Program-made: the position numbers and the translations under genes
Assembly: GCA_963749655.1 (NCBI GenBank)
Contig: CAVVOB010000036.1
Span: forward strand, 1-19,710
Origin: Nitrospirota bacterium
Lineage (GTDB): Bacteria; Nitrospirota; UBA9217
Direction of reading: 5' to 3'
DNA length: 19,710 nucleotides
The notes under the pieces: model-generated
Seen by the model: only the letters and a program-made list of their open reading frames with translations
Databases searched by the model: none
What the model was told of the DNA's origin: nothing
Shown: positions 7,439 to 16,517 of the stretch, in pieces
How positions within the stretch are numbered: the stretch's first letter is position 1
Layout of the letters: the number at the start of each line of letters is the position of its first letter

Positions 7439-8062
7439 ATGATACGAAAGGTCGCGCTCATATGCGGCATCATCTCTTCGCTGGTGTATGTCGGTACCGA
7501 TATTCTCGCGGGTACGCTGTATGAGGGCTACAGTTTTACCGATCAATTCGTCAGCGAGTTGTTTGCTATAGGCGCTCCCACGAGCGATCTCGTAGTACTG
7601 CTTTTTACCCTGTCCAGCGCGCTCTTGTTGCCATTTGCATGGGGCGTGTTGTTATCATCCGGCCGAAATCGCGCGCTGCACTTTGTGGCATTCATGATAG
7701 TCGGAAATGCGGTCAACAGCCTGGTGTTATGGAATTTCTTCCCCATGCACATGCGTGGTGCCGAGATGACATTTACCGATACCATGCATCTAATTCTCGC
7801 GATCAACCCTTTCGTTCTGCTGGGCATTGTGTTTGGAGTCGCTGCATCCAGAAGCTGGTTCCGCTTCTACTCGATAGGAACGATCCTGGTACTCGTCGTG
7901 CCTGCGATCGCGTCATTCCTGTACGCTCCTGGGGTTGGCACAAATCAACCTACACCGTGGGTTGGGCTGACTGAGCGTATTTCGCAATACGGTTATCAGC
8001 TGTGGCAGGTAGTGCTGGCCATCGTCCTCTTACGCGTCCGGGATACTGACGCCTTTGGATGA
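7439..8062 (+). CDS. DUF998-like multi-pass membrane protein
   Basis: About 6 hydrophobic segments; YSFTDQFVSELFAIGAP, FPM, MH and GLTER motifs typical of DUF998; AAGGAGG RBS. Confidence 0.75.
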   Translation: MIRKVALICGIISSLVYVGTDILAGTLYEGYSFTDQFVSELFAIGAPTSDLVVLLFTLSSALLLPFAWGVLLSSGRNRALHFVAFMIVGNAVNSLVLWNFFPMHMRGAEMTFTDTMHLILAINPFVLLGIVFGVAASRSWFRFYSIGTILVLVVPAIASFLYAPGVGTNQPTPWVGLTERISQYGYQLWQVVLAIVLLRVRDTDAFG

Positions 8063-8350
8063 CTTTGGCAGAGACGTACTCCTGCATGTAGGCTCTCTAC
8101 AGCAAACTGCATGGAGCTTCGATCCTCAGGGTTGAACTAATTATACTAATCGCTTGCTAACCCCGCAATAAGCAGCGGGGAATGCGCTCGCTCCTGGATT
8201 CGATAATCGAATACCCTCCTTCGAAAATCATATACATCGCTCCACCTGGCTCTCCCGGTCCCCTAATGCCGCAAGTTCATTAAATACACAACCCTGCGGA
8301 ACATAACGCTTTTCTTTCACTTGAATCCCATCTCGATCGCTCCCTTGCTT

Positions 8351-8366
8351 TGGCACAGTACCTGCA
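8351..8366 (+). promoter_or_regulatory. Sigma54 (-24/-12) promoter
   Basis: TGGCACAGTACCTGCA has exact GG-N10-GC spacing and a TGGCAC core, and ends 65 nt upstream of ATG 8431. Confidence 0.6.
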
Positions 8367-8430
8367 AACTACTGATCAACGTATATGAACGTACGCAACA
8401 TTTGATCTAGACTAATAAGGAGGATTGAAC

Positions 8431-8766
8431 ATGGGAGACCAAACAGTAGTACAGATGCGGGAGATCTCGAAAGGCGTGGGAGCCGCGGGCAATATCGTTG
8501 AGCGCTATCTGATCCGCGTGCTTGGGCCCCTCGGGAAGAAGATAGCGGAAGCTTCCCAGGTGGGCCGGGTAATGGCGCTGCTCGGCGTCATCACGGTCAT
8601 CGTGAGTCTCGCGCTCATTTACACTGACGCGACCTGGTTCAAGCAGTCTCAAAGCAAGGGCAGGCAATTTGTGAATATAACCTATGAGCAGAAAGGTTAC
8701 GGCTATGCGTTCTTTGCGGGTCTCGGCTTATTCGGCGTCGGCATGATGCAGAGAAAGGGGAAGTGA
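8431..8766 (+). CDS. Small hypothetical membrane protein (2 predicted TM helices)
   Basis: Strong AAGGAGG RBS at 8417-8423; TM segments VMALLGVITVIVSLALIY and YGYAFFAGLGLFGVGMM; own promoter and terminator; 111 aa. Confidence 0.7.
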   Translation: MGDQTVVQMREISKGVGAAGNIVERYLIRVLGPLGKKIAEASQVGRVMALLGVITVIVSLALIYTDATWFKQSQSKGRQFVNITYEQKGYGYAFFAGLGLFGVGMMQRKGK

Positions 8767-8813
8767 TCGCTCCCGCGTGTTGACCGAAACCGCAGGAGAT
8801 CCGAAATACCAAG

Positions 8814-8848
8814 GGCTGTCCGGTGGATATCACCGGGCAGCCTTTTTT
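8814..8848 (+). terminator. Rho-independent terminator
   Basis: GGCTGTCCGGTG-gatat-CACCGGGCAGCC followed by TTTTTT; lies between convergent genes. Confidence 0.8.
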
Positions 8849-8876
8849 GTTTGGAGCGCGTTTGCGCGGACCGCCC

Positions 8877-10802
8877 TCAGACCAGCCTGTTCCTCGCCGC
8901 CATTTCCCGCTTCACCGTGGGGAAGGCGTTGATGTTCGTGTGGGGCAGGAACAGCGCAGACATATACTCATCCATGAAGCTGCGCGAGACGGACAGCTCG
9001 ATGTAGGTCATTTTGCGGGCGATATCCTCGGCCTCGTGCAGCATGCGGTCGCACAGCAGGCCGTAGTAGGCGCCCATGATGGATGTGTTGCCCAGGAACA
9101 CGAACGTGTCCACCGGCAGGTCGGGCAGCATGCCGATGGTGATGGCGCGCTCCACGTCGATGTACCGGCCGAAACCGCCGGCGATGAAGACCTTGTCCAG
9201 GTCGGCGAAGGTCATGTTCATCTTCCGGAGGAGCGTGCCGAATCCCGCGTAGATGGCGGCCTTGGCGCGGATCAGGTTGTCCAGGTCCACCTCGGTGATC
9301 ACGATCTCCTTGTTGATGGCGCTCTCGATGCGCCAGGCAATGACATATTCGAGCCCCGAGTCTCCCCTGCGGATGCGCTTGGACCCGATCTCCTCCCGTA
9401 TCTTGCCTTTCTGGTCGATCACGTTGTTCAGATACATCTCGGCGAGGATGTCGATCATACCTGAACCGCAGATGCCGATGGGCTTCACGTCGCCGATGAC
9501 CCGGTAGTTCACCTCGAAGGTCTTCGGATTGATCTCCACTTCCTCGATGGCGCCTTCCATGGCGCGCATGCCGAACTTGATACCGCTCCCTTCGAAGGCC
9601 GGGCCCGCCGAGCAGGCAGCGGTCACGAGCCATTCCTTGTTCCCCAGCACGATCTCGCCGTTCGTGCCGATGTCGATGAAGAGCGAGACCTTGTCCTGCT
9701 TGTGGATCTGCGATACGAGCACGCCCGAGGAGATGTCGCCGCCCACGTAGCTGGCGACGTTCGGCATGGAGTAGACGACCGCCTGCGGCGTAAGGTCAAG
9801 ACCGACGCTCTTGCCGCGGATCGGCGGGAAGAAGGTCGCCGCCGGGATGTAGGGCTCCTCCCGGATGTGCTGGGGGTCGATGCCGTAGAAGAGGTGCATC
9901 ATGGTGGTGTTGCCGGCCACGACGATGTAGTCGATCATGCCCGGATCGATCCGGTTCTTTTCGGCAAGGTCCGCCAGCAGGGTGTTGATGTTGCCGACAG
10001 CGAGCTGCTGGAGCTCCTTCAGGCCGTTCTTCTCCGTGGCGTAGACGATGCGGGTGATCACGTCATCGCCGCACTTGACCTGGCTGTTGAAGGTCGATGC
10101 CGTGCCGATGATGTGGCCGTGCTTCATGTCCACGAGATAGACGACCACGGTGGTGGTGCCGATGTCCACGGCCGCTCCGTAGCGCGTCTGCGTGGCGTTG
10201 CCGGGAAAGAGGTCGAGCACCTCGAGCACTTCTCCATAGCTGAAGACCGTGGCCGTGACCTTCCAGTGGCCTTCACGGAGCACGCGCGACAGCTTGCTCA
10301 GCATCATATAGTTCATGTGCAGGTGCTCGGCGCTGAAGCCGGCGTTGTCCAGGGCGCGCCGGACCCGCTCGAAGTCGGCGATGTTGTCGTCGATGGTGGG
10401 AGGGGTGAGATCGAGATATACCCGGAAGATGCGGGACTCCAGGCACCCGCCGGCCTGCTTCATGAGCTTGAGGATGTCGTCGGGGTTGGCGCCGGTCGCG
10501 ATCTTGTGCTTCGCCTGCATGCGCGATTCCTGCGGGATCTCAATGACGAGGTCGCTCTGGATCTTCGAGTGGCAGGCGAGGACGTACCCCCGCTCCGCCT
10601 CTTCGGCGGTCAGGAAGGAGCGCGACTGGCCGGGCTGGACCGTGCCGGTCTTCACGACGAGCTTGCATTTGCCGCAGTTCCCCTTCCCGCCGCAGGACGA
10701 GAGCACATAGACGCCGGCGGCCTTGGAGGCCTTGAACAGGCTTCCGTCGTGCTCCATCTCGATGGTGATGTTGTCGGGGAGGAAGGTGACCTTGTGTTTC
10801 AT
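8877..10802 (-). CDS. ASKHA-domain [2Fe-2S] ATP-dependent reductive activator of corrinoid proteins (RACo/AcsV-like, DUF4445)
   Basis: N-terminal CGGKGNCGKC...LAC 2Fe-2S motif, DIGTT, GDDVITRI, GNTTM, YVGGD, DIGTNGE, ACSAGPAFEG, GICGSG and AGGFG; start MKHKVTF at 10802 (641 aa). Confidence 0.92.
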   Translation of the reverse strand: MKHKVTFLPDNITIEMEHDGSLFKASKAAGVYVLSSCGGKGNCGKCKLVVKTGTVQPGQSRSFLTAEEAERGYVLACHSKIQSDLVIEIPQESRMQAKHKIATGANPDDILKLMKQAGGCLESRIFRVYLDLTPPTIDDNIADFERVRRALDNAGFSAEHLHMNYMMLSKLSRVLREGHWKVTATVFSYGEVLEVLDLFPGNATQTRYGAAVDIGTTTVVVYLVDMKHGHIIGTASTFNSQVKCGDDVITRIVYATEKNGLKELQQLAVGNINTLLADLAEKNRIDPGMIDYIVVAGNTTMMHLFYGIDPQHIREEPYIPAATFFPPIRGKSVGLDLTPQAVVYSMPNVASYVGGDISSGVLVSQIHKQDKVSLFIDIGTNGEIVLGNKEWLVTAACSAGPAFEGSGIKFGMRAMEGAIEEVEINPKTFEVNYRVIGDVKPIGICGSGMIDILAEMYLNNVIDQKGKIREEIGSKRIRRGDSGLEYVIAWRIESAINKEIVITEVDLDNLIRAKAAIYAGFGTLLRKMNMTFADLDKVFIAGGFGRYIDVERAITIGMLPDLPVDTFVFLGNTSIMGAYYGLLCDRMLHEAEDIARKMTYIELSVSRSFMDEYMSALFLPHTNINAFPTVKREMAARNRLV

Positions 10803-10809
10803 GCGAAAA

Positions 10810-10838
10810 ACTATAACAGGGTGAACCGGCAGGGTCAA
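10810..10838 (-). promoter_or_regulatory. Sigma70 promoter giving a leaderless RACo mRNA
   Basis: On the minus strand: TTGACC, 17 bp ending in TGt, TATAGT, 7 nt, ATG. No SD sequence. Confidence 0.65.
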
Positions 10839-10897
10839 GGGATTTCTGGAAAACAGCGGGACGTAATACCTCTGACAGGGAGACCGGGCGACAGTCA

Positions 10898-10926
10898 TTG
10901 ACATCTAGCGCGGCTCCCGTTAGTAT
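10898..10926 (+). promoter_or_regulatory. Sigma70 promoter giving a near-leaderless NlpC/P60 mRNA
   Basis: TTGACA (10898-10903), 17 bp, TAGTAT (10921-10926), 9 nt, ATG 10936. No SD sequence. Confidence 0.6.
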
Positions 10927-10935
10927 GTCGCTGAC

Positions 10936-11397
10936 ATGCGTAACATTCTGCTCATACTGAGCGCCGCCGGGCTTCTCCTCGCCGGCTGCGCCGCAACGCC
11001 GACGAAACGTGTGAACGGGTACTCCCCGTCCGTCGGCAACAAGGCGGCTGACACGGCGCTCACCATGATCGGCAGGCCGTACAAGTTCACGGGCGACACG
11101 CCTGCCGGCTTCGACTGCAGCGGCCTGGTGCGGTACAGCTATCTCACCGCCGGGATGGACCTTCCCCACGGGACCAAGTCCCTCATGAACATCACGCGCT
11201 CCGTGGGACTCCGGAACGCCCGGAAGGGCGACCTGCTGTTCTTCGTCCAGGAAGGCAAGAAGTACTCCCACGTCGGCATCTATGTGGGAGGCGACCAGTT
11301 CGTCCACGCCCCCAGCACCGGCGGCTCCGTCCGCAAGAACAGCCTCGCCGATCCCTACTGGAAAAAACACTACCTCGATACCCGAAGATTTCTCTGA
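10936..11397 (+). CDS. NlpC/P60 (C40) peptidoglycan endopeptidase lipoprotein
   Basis: Lipobox LLAGC; GRPY, GFDCSGLV (catalytic Cys), GDLLFF, HVGIY and FVHA. Confidence 0.93.
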   Translation: MRNILLILSAAGLLLAGCAATPTKRVNGYSPSVGNKAADTALTMIGRPYKFTGDTPAGFDCSGLVRYSYLTAGMDLPHGTKSLMNITRSVGLRNARKGDLLFFVQEGKKYSHVGIYVGGDQFVHAPSTGGSVRKNSLADPYWKKHYLDTRRFL

Positions 11398-11464
11398 AGC
11401 CCTTCATGTTGTCGCACATGCCGGATGACCTTTTCTGCCCTCAGCTGCATACGCACGAACTCTG

Positions 11465-11521
11465 AAGCACCAAATCCCAAATCCCAAATCACAAATAAGT
11501 TCCAAACACCAATGACCAAAT
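11465..11521. repeat. Degenerate heptamer tandem repeat (CCAAATC-like)
   Basis: AAGCACCAAATCCCAAATCCCAAATCACAAATAAGTTCCAAACACCAATGACCAAAT. Confidence 0.7.
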
Positions 11522-11722
11522 TAGGCGTGGCGGGCGTCTCGTTCTACTGCGCGGCGGCAGGGCCGTGATTATTCCCTAATTTTTGTGTGATAAAATTACA
11601 GACAACCGTCGCCGTCCGAATTTATCATATATACTAAAAGGTATCGCCAATTCGAGCCAATATATAGACGATGCCGGTCAGGTCGGCCTGGCGCGCAATA
11701 TTCTGCAATAGATTGGTGAACG

Positions 11723-12409
11723 ATGATCAGCCAACACAAACAGATGATGACCCCCTTCGAAAAAGCAATTCACCATGAGAACGCGGGCGAGTACGATAAG
11801 GCCGCGGAGCTCTTGAGGCAATGCTTGTCCGAACGGGGCCATGACGAGGGGGAGATATACTTTTACCTCGGCTGGTGCCTCGAGCAGGACCCGAAGGGGG
11901 ACCGCGCAGCGGTGGTGAGCAGCTACGAGCAAGCCGCGGTGAAGGCTTCCGAGGTCTTGATGCGGGTAAATGCGTTCTTTCGTTCGGGATGGGTGCTGCT
12001 GCACGAACGGGAATATGAACGGGCGGCGGGTTCGTTCCGCCGCGCCGTCGATCTTGCGGCGCGATCCAGCCTGCGCCATGATCTGGTCCACCAGGCGATC
12101 CACTGGAGCGCGGTCTGCCTGGAGCAGACGGGACAGTATCTCGAGGCGGCGGCCTGCTATGCGCGGGTGCAGGGACTGTCGCCGCTGCTGGCGCCGGAAA
12201 GTTCCTATCGAGAGATCCTTTGTCGCAATCAGGTCGGACAGTACGCAGAGGCGCTCGCCGTCTGCCGCTCGTTCCCCGGCGCCGCGCCCGAGGGATTCGA
12301 TGCCGCTCGATACAGCGAGCTTTTTGCCAAGGTCAGGCAGGAGGAGGCCCTCCTCGCCCGGTGTCTTGCGGAGGAAGGGCCAGCTGTCCCGGAGGGTAAC
12401 GCCCGATGA
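11723..12409 (+). CDS. Tetratricopeptide repeat protein
   Basis: Several TPR-like units (IYFYLGWCLE; AFFRSGWVLLHEREYERAAGSFRRA; LEQTGQYLEAAACYARV); ATGA overlap with the next gene. Confidence 0.8.
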   Translation: MISQHKQMMTPFEKAIHHENAGEYDKAAELLRQCLSERGHDEGEIYFYLGWCLEQDPKGDRAAVVSSYEQAAVKASEVLMRVNAFFRSGWVLLHEREYERAAGSFRRAVDLAARSSLRHDLVHQAIHWSAVCLEQTGQYLEAAACYARVQGLSPLLAPESSYREILCRNQVGQYAEALAVCRSFPGAAPEGFDAARYSELFAKVRQEEALLARCLAEEGPAVPEGNAR

Positions 12410-14235
12410 TAAACACGGCAAACAGGGACCTTGATCTTCATAGGTGCGATGAAGCGGACCACACGAACGCATTGGAATATCTTGCCCATCACGGGCGGCA
12501 TGCCGAGGTCTATGAGCGGATCAGGCGGGTCCCCGAAGCGGACCGCGCGGGCTGCCACAGCGTGCTCGTTCTGAGCAGCGTCGTCATCGGCGGCATCGCG
12601 CGCGTGAGAGCACTGCAACAAACAGCGGCTGATATCGATGCCGCGCTCCTGGCAACCGAAAGCGACCTGGGTCGGCTCGTGCGTTATTGTACGAGCAGGA
12701 GCATCTGGCCGCGGGAGCTGTACGAGCGCATCCTCGACTGGAGCGTCGCGCTCGCGGATATGGCGCAGACCGGCAGGGCGCTCCGGTGCCTGGACGAGGC
12801 CGATGCGTCCGGCGTCCGGGCCTATCCCGACCTGTACGCCCAGGTCGTGCTCAAGCGGGCGGAGCTGCTGTCCGGCACCGGGCGGCACAGCGACGCACGG
12901 CAGGTCCTGGCTGCTCTCGTGGAGCGCTATTACCTGGTGCCTGACCGGAACCTGCTGTCGCGGGTCCTCCTGCTTTTCGGGCAGGTGTCGCTGCTGACGG
13001 GTGATGCCCGGCAGAGCGCGGCACTGCTGTTCGGCGGCCTTCGCTCCTTCTATACGCATGACGATATCAGGCGGCTGTTCACCGACCTGCTCTGCAAGAT
13101 CCACCGGCACCCCTATCGCGTCCTTGTTCGACGGACGATCCCGGCCTCCGACCGGGCCCTGTTTGCCGTGCACTGGCTCCACCTGGCGGTGCATCGTAGC
13201 CGGCTGGGAAAGACGCTCAGGTTAGACCGCCTGATCAGGCTCGCGGTGCTTGCGCTGGTGTACTATCTCAATTACGTCGTCTGGCAGGGCCGCTCGCGGC
13301 ATTTCGCGGCAACGGGGGGGCTGCCCGGCGGGAACGGGAAGGCGATCCTCGTGACGCGGGCAATGGGCGGCGTGGGCGACCTGCTGATGATGACCCCGGG
13401 ACTGCATGCCTTGAAGCAGAGCCATCCCGATCATGAGATCCATGTTGCCGTGCCCCGGAGCTACGCACCGCTCTTCATCGGGAACCCCGATGTGACCGTG
13501 ATCGACATAGAACAGGACCCCATCAACGTGGCCTCGTACGGGAAATGGTTCAACTTCACGGACTGTCCCGCGGCGCGGATCGAGAGCAGGACCGCGCCCG
13601 AGGTGACGATGAGCCGTGCGGATATTTTCGCCCGGTCGCTCGGCGTCGGGGGAAGGCAGTACCGGCGCATGGACCGGCGGCCCCGGTACGTGGTGACCGA
13701 CGAGGAAAAGCGGTTCCAGCAGCGGTTCTGGAAAGAGCGCGGCCTCGAGGGCCGGCAGGTCATCGGTGTTCAGCTGCGCTCGGCCGAGACGTACCGGGAC
13801 TACCCGCACATGGCCGCACTGGTGCAGCGGCTTTCGTCGGAAATGACGGTCCTGCTCCTTCACCACGAAGCGATGGATATCGCTGCGCGGGGTACGGTCA
13901 TCGATACGGGCCCGCTCCCGCTGCGGCACGCATTCGCGCTCGCCGCGGCCTGCGACGGCATCGTCGCCCCGGATTCGGCCTTTGTGCATTTCGCGGCGGC
14001 ATTCGATATCCCGTGCGTCGCTCTGTTCGGGCCCATCGACGGCAGGGTCCGGACCATGCACTATGCATCGTGCGCGTTCGTCGACGTCCGCGATGTGCTG
14101 CGGTGCGTCCCCTGCTGGCGGAACGAGAAGATCCCCTGCAAGCTTACGAACCTTCGGAGCAGCGCGTGCATGGAGAACATCACGGTGGAGAGCGTCCGCG
14201 AAGCGCTGCGGTCCGTGATGAGGAGGACTGCATGA
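12406..14235 (+). CDS. Glycosyltransferase family 9 (ADP-heptose heptosyltransferase-like) with N-terminal TPR-like helical region
   Basis: C-terminal half has GGVGDLLMMTPGLHALK, DSAFVHFAAAFDIPCVALFGP and a CVPCW..C..C cluster; the N-terminal ~300 aa is helical and TPR-like. Confidence 0.85.
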   Translation: MINTANRDLDLHRCDEADHTNALEYLAHHGRHAEVYERIRRVPEADRAGCHSVLVLSSVVIGGIARVRALQQTAADIDAALLATESDLGRLVRYCTSRSIWPRELYERILDWSVALADMAQTGRALRCLDEADASGVRAYPDLYAQVVLKRAELLSGTGRHSDARQVLAALVERYYLVPDRNLLSRVLLLFGQVSLLTGDARQSAALLFGGLRSFYTHDDIRRLFTDLLCKIHRHPYRVLVRRTIPASDRALFAVHWLHLAVHRSRLGKTLRLDRLIRLAVLALVYYLNYVVWQGRSRHFAATGGLPGGNGKAILVTRAMGGVGDLLMMTPGLHALKQSHPDHEIHVAVPRSYAPLFIGNPDVTVIDIEQDPINVASYGKWFNFTDCPAARIESRTAPEVTMSRADIFARSLGVGGRQYRRMDRRPRYVVTDEEKRFQQRFWKERGLEGRQVIGVQLRSAETYRDYPHMAALVQRLSSEMTVLLLHHEAMDIAARGTVIDTGPLPLRHAFALAAACDGIVAPDSAFVHFAAAFDIPCVALFGPIDGRVRTMHYASCAFVDVRDVLRCVPCWRNEKIPCKLTNLRSSACMENITVESVREALRSVMRRTA

Positions 14236-15008
14236 GCCGGGGCAAGCAATGCAAGATCTGCGGTGGGGCGGCCGCTGAGGCCTTCCGGATACCGAGGTCG
14301 AAGCTCACCGGCCAGCCGATCCCCGATGCGCCGGACGACTGTGTTTACTATGAGTGCACGCGGTGCCGGTTCTGCTTCACCGACATTCTCGATTCCGTCG
14401 ACCACGCCGGCGTGTACGACGACGCGTACTGGAACAACCAGGACCCGGACTGGTATGGGCGGGTGACCGAGACCCTCCGACTGGTGCTGCTGGCAAATAC
14501 GCTCCTAATCAGGGACCCGGCAAAGATCGAAATACTCGATTTCGGCTGCGGCATGGGCACCTTTATCCAGACAGCGCGGGAGAAGCTGGGCATGCAGGTG
14601 TGGGGGCACGACATTATCGAACCGAAGTTCGGCAGGGACTTCTTCCTCAAAAAGCTCCCGGAGAAGAAGTTCGACATCATCGTCTCCTGCGAGGTCCTGG
14701 AACACCTGCCGTTCCCTTATGAGATCCTGAAGGGGGTCCTGCGGGCACTGAAGCCGGGCGGTGTGTTCGCGTTCCAGACCGCGTACTACGATCCGAAGGT
14801 GTGCAAGCGGGACTGGTGGTACATAGGCCCGTCGAACGGCCACGTATCGCTCTACAGCGCCGGTGCGTTCGACGTGCTCTTTCGAAAGTTCAACGTGGAG
14901 CGCAGGTTGCTGTGGAACAACTACCCCGGCGTACAGGCCTGGCAAGTGGATAACAGGGGATGCGGAGATGTTTCCGTAATGAAGCGGCGCTGGTGGAGAC
15001 GACCATGA
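14232..15008 (+). CDS. Class I SAM-dependent methyltransferase with N-terminal Zn-ribbon-like CxxC pair
   Basis: Real start ATG 14232 (ATGA overlap, AGGAGG RBS); CKIC...CTRC, ILDFGCGMG, FDIIVSCEVLEH and LKPGG; 258 aa. Confidence 0.88.
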   Translation: MSRGKQCKICGGAAAEAFRIPRSKLTGQPIPDAPDDCVYYECTRCRFCFTDILDSVDHAGVYDDAYWNNQDPDWYGRVTETLRLVLLANTLLIRDPAKIEILDFGCGMGTFIQTAREKLGMQVWGHDIIEPKFGRDFFLKKLPEKKFDIIVSCEVLEHLPFPYEILKGVLRALKPGGVFAFQTAYYDPKVCKRDWWYIGPSNGHVSLYSAGAFDVLFRKFNVERRLLWNNYPGVQAWQVDNRGCGDVSVMKRRWWRRP

Positions 15009-16516
15009 GTCCCGAGCGAAGCGATCCGAAAGATCCATCCGGGGAACGTTCCCGGCCGATGAGCAAGGTCTGCGATGCGGCGGATTTTTTTTCGCCCGAT
15101 TATATTGCCATGGTCAAAGAGCTCAAAGCGGTTCCTGCCTTGCACAGAAAGCAGTGGGAATTCGCCATGATTTATCTCGCCCTGAAGAAGCGGGGCATGC
15201 TGGATGCAGGCAAGACAGGCCTATCGATGGGGAGCGGCAAGGAGGTCGTTCTCTACGCGATCGCCGGCAAGGTAAAGCACCTGACGGCCACGGACCTGTA
15301 CAGCAGCGAGTCGCAGTGGGATGGCGCAAAGGCCGCCGATCCCGATGAGTATATTCGAATGGACAAACCCATCCCGGTCGATGATTCCAAGCTGTCCGCA
15401 TTGCACATGGACATGCGGAGCCTTGCATTTGAGGACAACACCTTCGACTTCGCCTATTCGGCCTGCGCGTTCGAGCATATCGGCACCGATACCGATTTTC
15501 TGAGGCACCTGGACGAGGTGTACCGCGTGCTGAAAGACGGCGGGACCTATGTGATGACGACGGAGTTCACCTTCGCGAGCAAGACGGTCCCTATCAAGAA
15601 CAACTATCTTTTTTCCGCGGAACACCTTGGCCGGCTTCTTGCGGACAGCAGGTTCACTCCAGAGCAGCACTTTGACGCCCGGGTCACCGAGCAAAGCGCA
15701 AATTTTCCCATTCCGGGCCGGGTGGACGACCTGTCGTACCTCGGCGACCATCATTTTGCGGAGACCCTGGTTTCCGCCGGCGTGATACCGCATGTTCAAG
15801 TGCTGTATGGAAAATATCCTTTTACCTCCTGTCTCTTTGTTCTCACGAAGGAGGCCGGTGCACGGAGCAATAAGGGGATCGTCTTCGACGGACTGGCTGA
15901 ATCACGGGCCTTTCTGAGCGCGTGCGTAAAGCAGTATGGCGCCATGATCCAGGCGGACCTGGACCTCAACCCCTTCTCGTTCCTCCGGGGAGGGATGTCC
16001 TCCTGGTTCGCGCCGCACGTTCTCCGGGCAGGCCAGGCGGGCCTCGAGGCGTCGAACGCCATTTTTCACACCGACTACTACTGGTTCGGGAGCGGGGTGC
16101 GGACACTCCACATTTCCATGATCCCTCAGAACCGGGACCTGGATGATACGTTCTTTGTGGAGTTCCGGGTGCATCGGATCAAGACGAACGATCCCGCCAT
16201 GATGGATTGCTGTTATCATAACGCCGTCACGTTCTCTGCAGCTCAGGATGTGCAGCAGGTCATGACGATCGCCATTGATGATGAGTATGCCTATGCCGTC
16301 CTGACGGTCCCTCACCAGGGCTCGTGCCTGTTCTCCGACATCCGTGTCCGCGTATCGGCCGCTCCCGGGGCGGGAGCCGCGGCGGGACAGGTGACGCACG
16401 CGGTGTCGCCGAGAAGGATGCCTTTCCTCCGGAGAGTAAAGGCTGCCGGATTCCTTTTGGCCCCTGAATGGGTGAAACCGATCTACCGCCGGGTCAAGGG
16501 CCTGCTGGTATCGTAG
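15005..16516 (+). CDS. Class I SAM-dependent methyltransferase with an extra C-terminal domain
   Basis: Start ATG 15005 (ATGA overlap); GLSMGSGKE motif-I variant, DMRSLAFEDNTFDFAYS..AFEH and RVLKDGG; beta-rich C-terminal half and a basic amphipathic tail. Confidence 0.8.
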   Translation: MSPERSDPKDPSGERSRPMSKVCDAADFFSPDYIAMVKELKAVPALHRKQWEFAMIYLALKKRGMLDAGKTGLSMGSGKEVVLYAIAGKVKHLTATDLYSSESQWDGAKAADPDEYIRMDKPIPVDDSKLSALHMDMRSLAFEDNTFDFAYSACAFEHIGTDTDFLRHLDEVYRVLKDGGTYVMTTEFTFASKTVPIKNNYLFSAEHLGRLLADSRFTPEQHFDARVTEQSANFPIPGRVDDLSYLGDHHFAETLVSAGVIPHVQVLYGKYPFTSCLFVLTKEAGARSNKGIVFDGLAESRAFLSACVKQYGAMIQADLDLNPFSFLRGGMSSWFAPHVLRAGQAGLEASNAIFHTDYYWFGSGVRTLHISMIPQNRDLDDTFFVEFRVHRIKTNDPAMMDCCYHNAVTFSAAQDVQQVMTIAIDDEYAYAVLTVPHQGSCLFSDIRVRVSAAPGAGAAAGQVTHAVSPRRMPFLRRVKAAGFLLAPEWVKPIYRRVKGLLVS

Positions 16517-16517
16517 A

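Noticed and set aside
8090-8180. Possible c-di-GMP-I/GEMM riboswitch (GCAAAC motif)
   Set aside because: Lacks the GAAA tetraloop stem and the downstream GACGCAAAG-like junction.
9702-10901. 399-aa plus-strand ORF and other long antisense ORFs (330-1046, 4361-5158, 12229-13194, 13222-14061)
   Set aside because: Antisense shadows of GC3-biased real genes, with no recognisable motifs.
10803-10904. 34-aa N-terminal extension of RACo
   Set aside because: It spans the promoter elements; the ferredoxin domain begins at MKHKVTF (10802).
11465-11521. CRISPR-like array
   Set aside because: Short degenerate 7-mer tandem units without spacers and no cas genes; no CRISPR, tRNA or rRNA recognised in the window.
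13545-14231. Long upstream extension of the first methyltransferase ORF (possible frameshift fusion with GT9)
   Set aside because: Low-complexity Arg/Ala/Gly shadow frame of the GT9 gene; a clean ATGA overlap with an AGGAGG RBS defines the start at 14232.
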